A DNA stretch of 59,453 nucleotides, filler included, from Diploschistes diacapsis (taxonomy: Eukaryota), in the NCBI GenBank assembly GCA_023645945.1. It is 4 parts of 4 records of this genome, joined end to end, with 100 filler letters (N's around TTAATTAATTAA, not from the genome) between each part and the next. Parts side by side here need not be neighbours in the genome. Positions count along the whole stretch, not along the records: positions 44,701 to 59,453 come from JALAIB010000587.1; 3 more parts are not named here. One strand, 5' to 3'. Shown one piece after another: positions 58,990 to 59,453 of this stretch (position 1 is the first letter of the stretch; each line of letters starts with the position of its first letter). The notes below the pieces were generated by a model. It worked only from the letters and a program-made list of their open reading frames with translations, did no database searches and was not told where the DNA came from. The position numbers and the translations under genes are program-made.

Positions 58990-59453
58990 CTGCTTAGTTC
59001 GCTATGGCTCTATTAAATACTTAAATTTCTATATAATTTACGTATAAATGTATATCACTTATAAAAATACGTAGAACTATATAAAATTAAATATATAATA
59101 AATAAAATTTAATTATTATTATAATTATAAAAATTATATCGTAATAAAAAATAAATATTAAAATATTAAAAGATAATTAAAATACTTTAAAAATAATTTA
59201 AAAATATATTTTTAAATTTTTTATAATTTTTTTTATATCGTGTTTTTTTTTCGTTTATTATATTTTTTTACGAATCGCGATAATTATATTATAAATTACG
59301 CGGTCGCGCGTTATTATTTTTTTTATATCGATATTACGCGTAATAAATATCGTATCGCGATCGCCGGTTCGTTAATAACGATAACGATATTAAATAATAT
59401 TTTTAAACGTTCGATTAAACGTTGAAAAATGATTTACGTAAGATTACAACGCG
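58990..59453. repeat. Extremely AT-rich hypermutated (RIP-like) repeat at contig end
   Basis: Long stretches nearly devoid of G/C; surviving C and G are almost all in CpG. Confidence 0.8.

Overview
Eukaryotic, intron-rich DNA from a filamentous ascomycete (Pezizomycotina-type genes). The window is not one locus. It consists of four contigs (1-14806, 14907-29711, 29812-44600, 44701-59453; 14806/14805/14789/14753 nt, i.e. size-sorted) joined by artificial N44-TTAATTAATTAA-N44 linkers. Contig 1: Nop6-like RRM gene, Rac GTPase head-to-head with an Rgd1-type F-BAR RhoGAP, Mediator Med12/Srb8, and nested RIP-like-degraded hAT and Tc1/mariner ends. Contig 2: She9, a heavily decayed highly-reducing PKS, a PTH11-like membrane protein, an O-methyltransferase, a HAD phosphatase and mitochondrial Rps12. 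Contig 3: kinase-like pseudogene, 16-exon ProRS with a 5-nt micro-exon, Mus81 and a P1B Cu-ATPase. Contig 4: PRCC-domain gene, an accessory island with two divergent multi-exon secreted Arg/Lys-rich orphan proteins, a degenerate tRNA with encoded CCA, AsnRS with a possible UUG-initiated presequence, a Ser-rich orphan and an AT-rich repeat. The most interesting items are: (1) the secreted basic-repeat protein pair, whose full models are not visible in the ORF track and which are candidate nucleus/DNA-targeted effectors; (2) CpG-sparing hypermutation of repeats; (3) recurrent GC-rich strand-skew-switch islands; (4) micro-exons and four GC-AG introns. All gene models were spliced by eye, and no database searches were run.
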